64,000 bases of DNA, taken from NCBI GenBank assembly GCA_017616775.1, contig JAFZXM010000043.1, positions 32,571-96,570 on the forward strand. Reading direction: 5' to 3'. The notes under the pieces are model-generated. The model did no database searches, was not told the DNA's origin, and saw nothing but the letters and a program-made list of their open reading frames with translations. The position numbers and the translations under genes were made by a program. How positions within the stretch are numbered: the stretch's first letter is position 1; every line of letters begins with the position of its first letter. The DNA is from Bacteroidales bacterium. Its GTDB lineage: Bacteria > Bacteroidota > Bacteroidia > Bacteroidales > WCHB1-69. This document shows, in pieces, positions 56,231-64,000 of this stretch.

Positions 56231-57286
56231 TTATTTACATTGTTTGTCTACATATTCTTGAGCTTCTTGTATTCCCATTGACGCTGCTTTGGTCCAGTCT
56301 TCGCAGGCACCTTCAGGATTACGCATCATTTCTTTGGTGTTGCCTCTATGCATGTATGCTTCCCCGTATTGAGGGTTGATTTTTAAGGCAGCATTGAAGT
56401 CATTGATGGCATTTTGATATTGTTTGAGTTTATAGTAAGCAAATCCTCTGTTGCTGTAGCTTTGATAAAAATCGTCTTTGAGTGCGATGGTTTTTGTAAA
56501 ATCTTCAATAGCCCCCTGATAGTCTATATTTTGAATTTTTGCAACACCGCGATTGTTGTATGCCATATAATATTCGGGGTCGATATCAATAGCGTTGGTA
56601 TAGGCTTCAATGGCATTGTCGTAAGATTCTGATTCATAATATGCACTGCCCAGATTGTTGTAGTAAACGGGCATTTTGCCATTGATATTGATGGCTGTTT
56701 TATAGTCTTCAATAGCAGTTTTGAGGTCTCCTTTCATTTTGTATGCACTGCCTCTGTCGTTATATATTTGAGCAACTTTATCGCTGATTTTCAGTGCGTT
56801 TGTATAATCAGATACGGCATTGTCATAATTTTTCATTTGAAAATTGGCCAGACCTCTTAAGTAATATACTTTAAAGTTGGTGTCGTTATAGGCAATGCTT
56901 TTGTCTGCATTGGTAACGGCTTCCGGATATTGTCCGTTGTTAAAATAGGCTTTGGCTAACAAAAAGTAGGCGCTGTCTTTACTGTTGCTTTTTTCAACGA
57001 ATGTTGACAATACTTTAATAGCTTCTTCTTTTTGTTGGTTGGCCTGATATGCCGAAGCCAGTAATTTGTAGGCATCGGTAAGTTCGGCGTTAATGTTTAA
57101 CGAGGCTTTCAAATCGGTGATGGCAGCGGCATAGGCTTTTTTATTATATTTTTCCAATCCGCTGTTGTACAATTTTTCAGCCTGTTGAGTTTGTTTGGGT
57201 GATATTACTATCATTTTAGGCTTTTGCGCCCATACGGCTATGCTCGTACTGATGAGCAAAAATGAGATAATTAATTTGGATTTCAT
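56231..57286 (-). CDS. tetratricopeptide repeat protein (secreted)
   Basis: Signal peptide and about 9 tandem TPR-like 34-aa units (A..Y..AL...P....AY..RG). Confidence 0.85.
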   Translation of the reverse strand: MKSKLIISFLLISTSIAVWAQKPKMIVISPKQTQQAEKLYNSGLEKYNKKAYAAAITDLKASLNINAELTDAYKLLASAYQANQQKEEAIKVLSTFVEKSNSKDSAYFLLAKAYFNNGQYPEAVTNADKSIAYNDTNFKVYYLRGLANFQMKNYDNAVSDYTNALKISDKVAQIYNDRGSAYKMKGDLKTAIEDYKTAININGKMPVYYNNLGSAYYESESYDNAIEAYTNAIDIDPEYYMAYNNRGVAKIQNIDYQGAIEDFTKTIALKDDFYQSYSNRGFAYYKLKQYQNAINDFNAALKINPQYGEAYMHRGNTKEMMRNPEGACEDWTKAASMGIQEAQEYVDKQCK

Positions 57287-57300
57287 AATGTATTAAATTA

Positions 57301-58818
57301 TTATTGTTTTACTTGTTTTAGTTTTATTATAAATGTGCTTCCTTTTCCCGGTGTAGATGATTTAAGTTCTATTTTTCCCTTGTGATATTGATTGATAATT
57401 CGTTTGGTAAGAGTAAGCCCCAGGCCCCATCCTCTTTCTTTGGTGGTGTATCCGGGGTCAAAAATACGTTTTTGTTCTTTAGGATCTATTCCTTTTCCTA
57501 TGTCGTTCACTTCAATATAGGCATAATTATGGTCCTCGTAGAGGGTGATGGTGATAATGCCGGTGCCTTGCATGGCATCTACAGCATTTTTGCATAAATT
57601 TTCCAATACCCATTCAAATAGGTAGGTGGATATATTGGCGTATATGCTTCTTGGGGGAATATTGAGCGTGAATTGAATTTTAGAAGAAGTGCGGGGTTTG
57701 AAATAGTTGACAAAATTGTTGATGGTAGAGTTGAGATCTTGTTTGGAGAGTTCCGGAGAGGACCCTATTTTTGAAAACCGTTGTGCAATACGTTCCAAAT
57801 GAGAGATGTCTTTATTCATTTCATCGGTGATATAGGGGGCTATGTTCATATCTTTGAGCAGTTCTTCCCAAGCCATGAGTGATGAGATGGGAGTGCCCAG
57901 CTGGTGTGCTGTTTCCTTGCTCATGCCCAACCATATGCTATTGCTTTGTGCCAAACGGGCTTTGTTAAACATATAAAATGAAATGATAATAAAAAGTACC
58001 ACAATAATGGCTTGCAATATGGGGAAAAGTCTCAATATGCTCAACAAAAGCGATTCTTCATACAATACGTAGCCGTATTGCTGGCTTCCCAATGATATTC
58101 TGATAGGTTCATGTACCGCCTGCATTTTTTTGATTTGAAGAGACACATATTCCCGGTTTTTCATCTTAGTGCTGTCCATATTGCCGAAATGCAACACTTT
58201 TGTGAGCGAGGAATCGGTAATGATAATGGGTAGGGAAGGGGAATTGTCTATGATTTCGGAAAAATATCCTTTTACCAAGTCATCTAACATAATTCTCATT
58301 TGCGTGCATATGTTGGATTCTTTATGGTATAAATACAGAAAGTCGTTGCCATAATAGTTAATGGGAATGCGGGTGTATCCGTCCTGCTGTAAAACACGGT
58401 TGAGACCGTCTTTTGTGCGGACGGTGTTTGCGGTAGCGCTATCCAGATTTTTTGTTTCTATAACAAGATCATTATTATCGGTTAAAATACAGGGGATGGT
58501 TTGGTTGCTGACAATAATATCGGTATAAAATGTAATATCTTCACCCATGTCGGCAGTGATAATATGCATGAATGCCTGTCCGATGATGCCGGCTCTGTTC
58601 TCCTGGTCTTCACGAAAGGTGTTGAAAAATTGATTGGTGGAATTCACCAAGTCCGCCTTACGGTGGATAGCATCAGCCCATATGGCTATTTTTTGCTGCT
58701 CCGAAACAACAATTTTATCTATCAAGTAATTCATAAAAAACATGGTGGCACCTAATATCAGTGCTGTGCTGATGGCAAGTGCCCATGTGCTTATTCTTTT
58801 TCGTCTACTTGATATCAT
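57301..58818 (-). CDS. sensor histidine kinase
   Basis: Two TM segments flank a ~230-aa extracytoplasmic region. H-box ETAHQLGTPISSL, N-box LENLCKNAVDA, and G-boxes DIGKGI and GWGLGL. Confidence 0.85.
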   Translation of the reverse strand: MISSRRKRISTWALAISTALILGATMFFMNYLIDKIVVSEQQKIAIWADAIHRKADLVNSTNQFFNTFREDQENRAGIIGQAFMHIITADMGEDITFYTDIIVSNQTIPCILTDNNDLVIETKNLDSATANTVRTKDGLNRVLQQDGYTRIPINYYGNDFLYLYHKESNICTQMRIMLDDLVKGYFSEIIDNSPSLPIIITDSSLTKVLHFGNMDSTKMKNREYVSLQIKKMQAVHEPIRISLGSQQYGYVLYEESLLLSILRLFPILQAIIVVLFIIISFYMFNKARLAQSNSIWLGMSKETAHQLGTPISSLMAWEELLKDMNIAPYITDEMNKDISHLERIAQRFSKIGSSPELSKQDLNSTINNFVNYFKPRTSSKIQFTLNIPPRSIYANISTYLFEWVLENLCKNAVDAMQGTGIITITLYEDHNYAYIEVNDIGKGIDPKEQKRIFDPGYTTKERGWGLGLTLTKRIINQYHKGKIELKSSTPGKGSTFIIKLKQVKQ

Positions 58819-58831
58819 TTTTTGTCGGTTG

Positions 58832-61102
58832 TTAAAAATATAAAACGTTAATATGTATAGTTTTATTATTTGAATGTATGGAGATTTTTCCGTTTATTGT
58901 TTGATTAAGCAAGCGGGAAGGACAAATGATGTGCATAAATGCGTGTCCGAGAGCGGGTATATCGTATCGGGACATTTCCACGTCAATACCGTCTGTATTA
59001 CATTCCACATGGTCAATGTTTAAAGGTTTTTGACCGATATTTTTAATTTCAATATAGTAATGGTAGATATCCGCATTTTTTATTTTTTTAATAATGATGT
59101 TATTGGAGGCAGGAAGCATTATGGCCGTATCTTGTGTAAAATCCGAAGGTCGGCTTTCGTATTTTTCTATTTGTATTCTGCGTTCCAATGCAGCGGCAAT
59201 GCTATAGATGGAGTTGCGCTTATCGTTAGGATTGTTGCTTACATATTTATTAGCCATGCTTTTTCCTTTGGGCTCATCTATAAAATACAAATGATTGTTG
59301 GCGGAAGCGGTGTCCAGATAGGGGGCAAATTCGGGTTGGAGGGCTATATAATTTTTAAAACTTGCTATTCTTCTCAATGACAAATTGGTGTTATAGTTGT
59401 CGGAATACAGGGGGCTGGCAAAACCTTTGACGGTAAGATACACATTGTTGCCGCATTGCAAATCCACCAGCAGCCATTGTTTTATCTGGTCCAACAACAT
59501 CATTCCGTAATCCACTTTGTTGATAAAAAAGTTGTTGATATCGTCAATGGCTTGTGATTTTTCTTTGTCTTTCAAACCTTTGGAATATTCGTATTGGTAC
59601 AGCCCCAACATGTTTTTGTAACGGGTAAGGGTGGTGAGATAGTCTGCGGATGTGGTGGTGGCCGATGTTTTGGGGTCGGGTTCGTCATTGTGAAAATATA
59701 ATGAAACGGGCAACAGGCTTTGTATGGTGTCTTTTAATTGATGAAGGGTCACAGCCCATATGGTATCTTGATATTGTATTAATGTATCAGGCTTGATATC
59801 AAAACAATAGATGTCTTTACAGCAGTTTTCTTCACTTTGTAAAAGGTCGCCCTTTCTGTTGGTGGCGAAATATCCGCTGCTGTCATCGCTGTTGAATTTT
59901 ATATGGCTCTCATTGGCAGGGGAATTGATAGGATATCCCATATTAACAGGGTTTTGCCATGAAGCAAATTCTCCTTCTGCATAAAACAGGTCACTGCCTC
60001 CGTATCCTACGTGATAGTCCGAATGAAAATACAAGCGGTGCTGATGCTGATTGTAATAAGGAGAACCTTCATTTCCACAGGTGTTAACAACAGGCCCCAA
60101 ATTGACTGCAGGAGAATATGTTTTGTCGGTGATGGTGGTGTACCATATATCATTGCCGCCGTAGCCGTTGTTGCGGTCGGAAACAAAATACAATATATCA
60201 AAATCGGGGGTTTCAACCAAATGCGGACTGCTGTTGGAACTGTTACCCGCATTGACTGTGGCACAGAGCTTCTCCGGTTTGTTCCATTCCCCGTTGTCGT
60301 TGAGGGTGCTCACCCAAATGCTCCATGGATAATTGTGCTTCTCACTTATTTTTTTACGGCTGAAAAACAAGCGTTTTTTGTCATTGTCAAAACAAAAATC
60401 CCCGGTATGGTATTTTTCATTATTGATATGTTTTGTTAAAGGGTAGGCTTCTCCCAAACCATGGGAGGAATAAGGGGCCAGGTATATTTTGGAGATAAAA
60501 TAGTCATCCAGAAGATTGTTATAATTGCTGGTGGATTGAGGACGTATGGAGGAAAAATAAATGCCGTAATCATCATCCTGTATCGCATTGTATTCGGAAT
60601 ATTCACCGTTAATCTTAGGGGATGCTTTTTCAATATTTATCCATGCACTGTCGCTGATATAGAGGTGAATGTGTTCTAAAAAATTCACTTCCTTTTCGCA
60701 ACGTTCGTTCAAAGCTTTATCACCGGTGTGATATTGCAGATATTGTTTAAATGAATGCAGTGCATTGTTGTAGTCTGCAATATTTTTTTGAGCCAAAGCC
60801 AGTTCTATCCACGTTTGGGGCATGTATCGGATACTGTCGGATAAGCACACCTTTTCAAAATATTGGATAGCGGTGTTGTATTGATTGATATTTTGGCACA
60901 AACGGGCATAGTGATAGTAAAAATGTATGCTTTGTTCGGGCTGATGTTTCAATATTTCGTTGTAAAAATATACAGCGGCGGGAATGTTGCCCGTGTTCTC
61001 GTGAAATTGTGCCGATTTCCAATATCCGGTAACATTGGATTGCTGTGCGTATCCAAGCGATATGATGAAGAATAGTAAAGCCGATATTGTCGTTTTGTTC
61101 AT
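58832..61102 (-). CDS. large secreted TPR / PD40-repeat protein with degenerate OmpA-like and C-terminal Ig-like segments
   Basis: Signal peptide, TPR-like N-terminus, PD40-like repeats (SPYYNQHQHRLYFHSD, GYGGSDLFY) and KGFASPLYSDNYNTNLSLRR. It lies directly downstream of a PorP/SprF gene. Confidence 0.65.
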   Translation of the reverse strand: MNKTTISALLFFIISLGYAQQSNVTGYWKSAQFHENTGNIPAAVYFYNEILKHQPEQSIHFYYHYARLCQNINQYNTAIQYFEKVCLSDSIRYMPQTWIELALAQKNIADYNNALHSFKQYLQYHTGDKALNERCEKEVNFLEHIHLYISDSAWINIEKASPKINGEYSEYNAIQDDDYGIYFSSIRPQSTSNYNNLLDDYFISKIYLAPYSSHGLGEAYPLTKHINNEKYHTGDFCFDNDKKRLFFSRKKISEKHNYPWSIWVSTLNDNGEWNKPEKLCATVNAGNSSNSSPHLVETPDFDILYFVSDRNNGYGGNDIWYTTITDKTYSPAVNLGPVVNTCGNEGSPYYNQHQHRLYFHSDYHVGYGGSDLFYAEGEFASWQNPVNMGYPINSPANESHIKFNSDDSSGYFATNRKGDLLQSEENCCKDIYCFDIKPDTLIQYQDTIWAVTLHQLKDTIQSLLPVSLYFHNDEPDPKTSATTTSADYLTTLTRYKNMLGLYQYEYSKGLKDKEKSQAIDDINNFFINKVDYGMMLLDQIKQWLLVDLQCGNNVYLTVKGFASPLYSDNYNTNLSLRRIASFKNYIALQPEFAPYLDTASANNHLYFIDEPKGKSMANKYVSNNPNDKRNSIYSIAAALERRIQIEKYESRPSDFTQDTAIMLPASNNIIIKKIKNADIYHYYIEIKNIGQKPLNIDHVECNTDGIDVEMSRYDIPALGHAFMHIICPSRLLNQTINGKISIHSNNKTIHINVLYF

Positions 61103-61106
61103 ATCA

Positions 61107-62159
61107 TTAAAAAATATAACATGGAATACGTTGTTGTCGCGGAGTGTGCTCCGTTTTAAAAATATAAGACAGGTTAATCTCTACGCCACCCCGTACGTGA
61201 CTGGCTTTGGTGAGTTTGGATACATTAAAATCGTAGCATATCCCTAATTTTATACGTCGCCATTCTCCGCCCGTGGACAGATATACGGCATCGTTCCAGC
61301 GGTAATACAGACCTACAAAAAATTTGTTGATATACCATTTAATATCAAAACGGAACAGATATACAAAGTTAAGCCCGATTTGAAATTCTTGGTATTTCTG
61401 TTGTATAGCATAATATACATTGGGCTCCAATGCAATGTGTTCATGTATGGCAAAACTGCCCATAAAGTGGGTTAATACTTTTACAGGTAAACGTATATCA
61501 TCATCTTTATACAGTGATATATAGGCCCTGTTAAGGTGAAAAGCGCTGATGCCCGCTTGCATGGTGTAATCCACGCTGGGCTGATAAAACCACGAAACTC
61601 CTGCCCCGCAATCAAAAAATATGAATTTATTTCTGGCAAAAACTTCACTTAAAGGAATGTCTGGGTCGTAAATGCCGTTTTTGTATTGTTCGTCAAATTT
61701 CAATTGTGAATAATCCCATGAACGTTGTACCGCGCCCAAGGCCACCCCTCCCATGATAAAATGATTGTTGAGCCGGTTGAGGGCGTGGGCATAGGCAAAA
61801 GAAAAAGTGCCTTGCAGAGATGTATATTTGGAATCACCGGCTTGGTCAAAATCTATATTGATACCCATAGAAAAAATGTCTTGTTGCCTTACCCGTTTTT
61901 TCAGGGGCATATCGGCAAAAGCCCCCATGGTTTGATATGGTTTGGAAATGGCACGCCATTGATTGCGGTAATAGATGCCCACGCGGGCATTGCCGTCAAA
62001 AAAACCGGCAACAGAGGGGTTGATAGCCACAGGGGAGAGCCAAAATTGGGATAAATGAATGTCCTGCCCCGATAAATTTAAACTTATAAGGAGGAAAATA
62101 CTGCATAAAAAACAAGTTTTATGCCTCAATGTCAATCGTTTAAGTAAATTCCCAATCAC
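61107..62159 (-). CDS. type IX secretion system membrane protein, PorP/SprF family
   Basis: N-terminal QDIHLSQFWLSPVAINPSVAGFFDG and the beta-barrel-like remainder match the PorP/SprF signature. CAAAGATA at 62184-62191 is a plausible -7 box. Confidence 0.8.
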   Translation of the reverse strand: MIGNLLKRLTLRHKTCFLCSIFLLISLNLSGQDIHLSQFWLSPVAINPSVAGFFDGNARVGIYYRNQWRAISKPYQTMGAFADMPLKKRVRQQDIFSMGINIDFDQAGDSKYTSLQGTFSFAYAHALNRLNNHFIMGGVALGAVQRSWDYSQLKFDEQYKNGIYDPDIPLSEVFARNKFIFFDCGAGVSWFYQPSVDYTMQAGISAFHLNRAYISLYKDDDIRLPVKVLTHFMGSFAIHEHIALEPNVYYAIQQKYQEFQIGLNFVYLFRFDIKWYINKFFVGLYYRWNDAVYLSTGGEWRRIKLGICYDFNVSKLTKASHVRGGVEINLSYIFKTEHTPRQQRIPCYIF

Positions 62160-62403
62160 GATTCCTATCGTATAATATTAAATACAAAGATAATTAAAAT
62201 TACCGATAAAATTGTTAATGTTTGCTAAAAAAATGAATAGGGGGAGAGAAATAACACCTCAAATGGAGCAAAATATTGCGGAATAAAACCTGAAATCGGG
62301 AAACAATAGCCTGCGAAACGACTGTATGTGTTTGATTGATAGTTGTTTTTAATTTTTATTGAAAATAAGTTTTCGTAATGTTTTTTTTTATACTTTTGCA
62401 AAC

Positions 62404-62488
62404 GGAGAGATGGCAGAGTGGTCGATTGCGGCGGTCTTGAAAACCGTTGAGTGTAACAGCTCCAGGGGTTCGAATCCCTTTCTCTCCG
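62404..62488 (+). tRNA. tRNA-Ser (anticodon UGA), class II
   Basis: Folded by hand. Acceptor GGAGAGA/TCTCTCC. Anticodon stem GCGGT/ACCGT with loop CTTGAAA. Long variable arm. T-arm GGGG-TTCGAAT-CCC. TACTTTTG ends 8 nt upstream. Confidence 0.9.
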
Positions 62489-62512
62489 CATCATTCTCGT
62501 TTTTCATCAAAA

Positions 62513-62539
62513 AAAAGTGCCTTTTCAGGTGCTTTTTTT
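62513..62539 (+). terminator. terminator-like hairpin after tRNA-Ser
   Basis: AAAAGTGCC-ttttca-GGTGCTTTT (two G-U pairs) followed by a T-run. Confidence 0.45.
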
Positions 62540-62646
62540 ATGGATTGCATGATAAGCCTTGCGATACAATATGCCTGAGCATTCCAAGGAATGCCGCATA
62601 ACAATCGCACATGTTTTATGTGCTTTGGACAGATATCGGGGGCAAA

Positions 62647-63774
62647 TTAACGGTTATTATAAAGTTTGCATATTTGGTTCCAGATAATATCCGCACTTTT
62701 GTCCCAGGAAAAAGTGCTGAGTCTGTTTTTGCCTAATTCTATGAGAGACTGTCTGAGGGCGTCGTCTTGTAGAATTTTTTCCATGGCTATGCAAATTTCT
62801 TTGATATTAAGAGGGTTCACCTTTATTGCCGCTTTTCCGGCCACTTCCGGCATGGCGCTGCAATTGGAGGTGATTACCGGCGTGGAACAGGCGAAAGCTT
62901 CTAATATGGGTACTCCGAAACCTTCAAAAATGGAAGGATAGAGTAGTGCCACGGCAGAAGAAATGAGCCGATTCATTTCCGTGGTGCTCACATATCCGGT
63001 AAATATCACATCTTGTTTGTATTGCATGGATAACAAGGTCTGATTCATTTCTTTATCCCAATATTTTTGCATGCCGGCAAAGATAAGTTTTGCCACAAAT
63101 CCTTTTTTTCGAAAGCGTTCAAAGGATAGCAGTATATTGACTATGTTTTTACGTTTGTTGGCGGTTCCTACAAAGATAAAATAGGGAACACCTCCGCTAT
63201 ATTGTCGGCGTACTTTTTCTTTTTCCTCCAAGTCGATTTCGTGAAAATCATCAGCGGCGGCATTGGGTGCGACCACCACTTTTTTATTGTCCAAATTATA
63301 ATGGCAAATAATATCTTGACGGGAAAAATTGGATACGGTGGCCAATATATCGGCTTTGCGGGCGAATTTAGGAAAGAAATATTTATAATAGGCTCTGTAC
63401 AGGGGCGGACTCATCAACGGAAAGTGCTCAAAATTGATATCGTGAATCACATTGACGGTTTTGATGTCGGTATGGAGGCATATCCATCCGTCTGTGGATA
63501 GGAATACGTCTGTTTTTTCTTTTTTCAAAGCATTTTTAATTCCTATTTCAAAAAACAGCATCCATAATAAAGGATGTCGTGCCTGTGGTTTTACAACCAC
63601 CGGTTTTACATTGGGACCGAATATAAAATAAGGGTCGGGTTGTCTGTCAAAAAAGAACACGAATTCATCATCTGGGTGATGTTGTACCAGCCGGCGTATT
63701 ATTTCATAAGAATACCACGCAATACCGTCCATTCTTCCTTTGACAAACAAGCGGGTGTTAATACCTATTCTCAT
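62647..63774 (-). CDS. glycosyltransferase family 4 (GT-B, group 1)
   Basis: SIFEGFGVPILEAFAC (EX7E region) in a 375-aa protein. Its ATG overlaps the upstream Clp stop (ATGA). Confidence 0.85.
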   Translation of the reverse strand: MRIGINTRLFVKGRMDGIAWYSYEIIRRLVQHHPDDEFVFFFDRQPDPYFIFGPNVKPVVVKPQARHPLLWMLFFEIGIKNALKKEKTDVFLSTDGWICLHTDIKTVNVIHDINFEHFPLMSPPLYRAYYKYFFPKFARKADILATVSNFSRQDIICHYNLDNKKVVVAPNAAADDFHEIDLEEKEKVRRQYSGGVPYFIFVGTANKRKNIVNILLSFERFRKKGFVAKLIFAGMQKYWDKEMNQTLLSMQYKQDVIFTGYVSTTEMNRLISSAVALLYPSIFEGFGVPILEAFACSTPVITSNCSAMPEVAGKAAIKVNPLNIKEICIAMEKILQDDALRQSLIELGKNRLSTFSWDKSADIIWNQICKLYNNR

Positions 63775-64000
63775 ATTTTGGGTTCTTGATGAGTCACTAT
63801 TACCTTTTCTTCTTGACTGTTGTAGTCTATCAGCAGTGAATCGCCATTGTGAATGGATTCATTGACAATTTCTTCTGCCAGCACATCTTCTATGTATTGT
63901 TGAATGGCCCGCTTGAGCGGACGGGCACCGTATTGGGAACTCCATCCTTTGTCGGCAATAAAATCTTTGATGGGTTCCGACAGGGATATTTGTATATTGA
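63771..64000 (-). CDS. Clp/Hsp100 AAA+ ATPase (ClpB/ClpC family), C-terminal end only; the gene continues beyond the window
   Basis: Hand translation of the minus strand gives ...DKGWSSQYGARPLKRAIQQYIEDVLAEEIV...THQEPKI-stop. YGARPLKRAIQ is the conserved Clp D2-small-domain motif. Confidence 0.8.
   Translation of the reverse strand, partial: NIQISLSEPIKDFIADKGWSSQYGARPLKRAIQQYIEDVLAEEIVNESIHNGDSLLIDYNSQEEKVIVTHQEPKI

Noticed and set aside
1-64000. A search by eye for CRISPR arrays, rRNA genes, integrases or transposases, inverted-repeat-bounded IS elements, and a second copy of the tRNA-Leu 3' end (attR).
   Set aside because: I recognised none. The only regular repeats are the cassette heads, the R1/R3/R2 promoter repeats and the tandem module reported above. 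A computational repeat and att-site search would be needed to be sure.

Overview
This 64-kb window looks like a Bacteroidota (Bacteroidales-like) chromosomal segment. Three things support that: TAnnTTTG -7 promoter boxes sit in front of many genes and tRNAs, Shine-Dalgarno sequences are not obvious, and there is a PorP/SprF type IX secretion gene together with sulfonolipid-type genes. The housekeeping backbone comprises an iron/cobalamin-type ABC importer, pyrG-purF, recR, rubrerythrin, a SulP transporter, pbpC plus alpha-2-macroglobulin, pyrF-ispH-ftsY, gmd-fcl with a sugar transferase, and a partial Clp ATPase. There are three tRNAs: Leu-CAG, Gly-CCC and Ser-UGA. AT-rich accessory patches interrupt the backbone. 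(1) An array of orphan Rhs/YD toxin-immunity cassettes lies just after tRNA-Leu, and each cassette is opened by the same promoter+ATG head. (2) A cysteate-synthase-like gene and an alpha-oxoamine synthase gene (capnine/sulfobacin type) flank an untracked 49-codon Cys-rich ORF. (3) A two-gene module, outer-membrane barrel plus lipoprotein, is tandemly duplicated. (4) A 2.3-kb AT-rich four-gene island between rbr and sulP carries three copies of a roughly 30-nt promoter repeat. (5) A cluster encodes a TonB-receptor-like protein, an OB-fold-like lipoprotein and a vWA-barrel protein. (6) A GC-rich mosaic patch holds a CAT-family acetyltransferase and a truncated TolC-like gene. I saw no rRNA, CRISPR array, integrase or transposase. 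All homology calls come from motif recognition by eye, not from searches.
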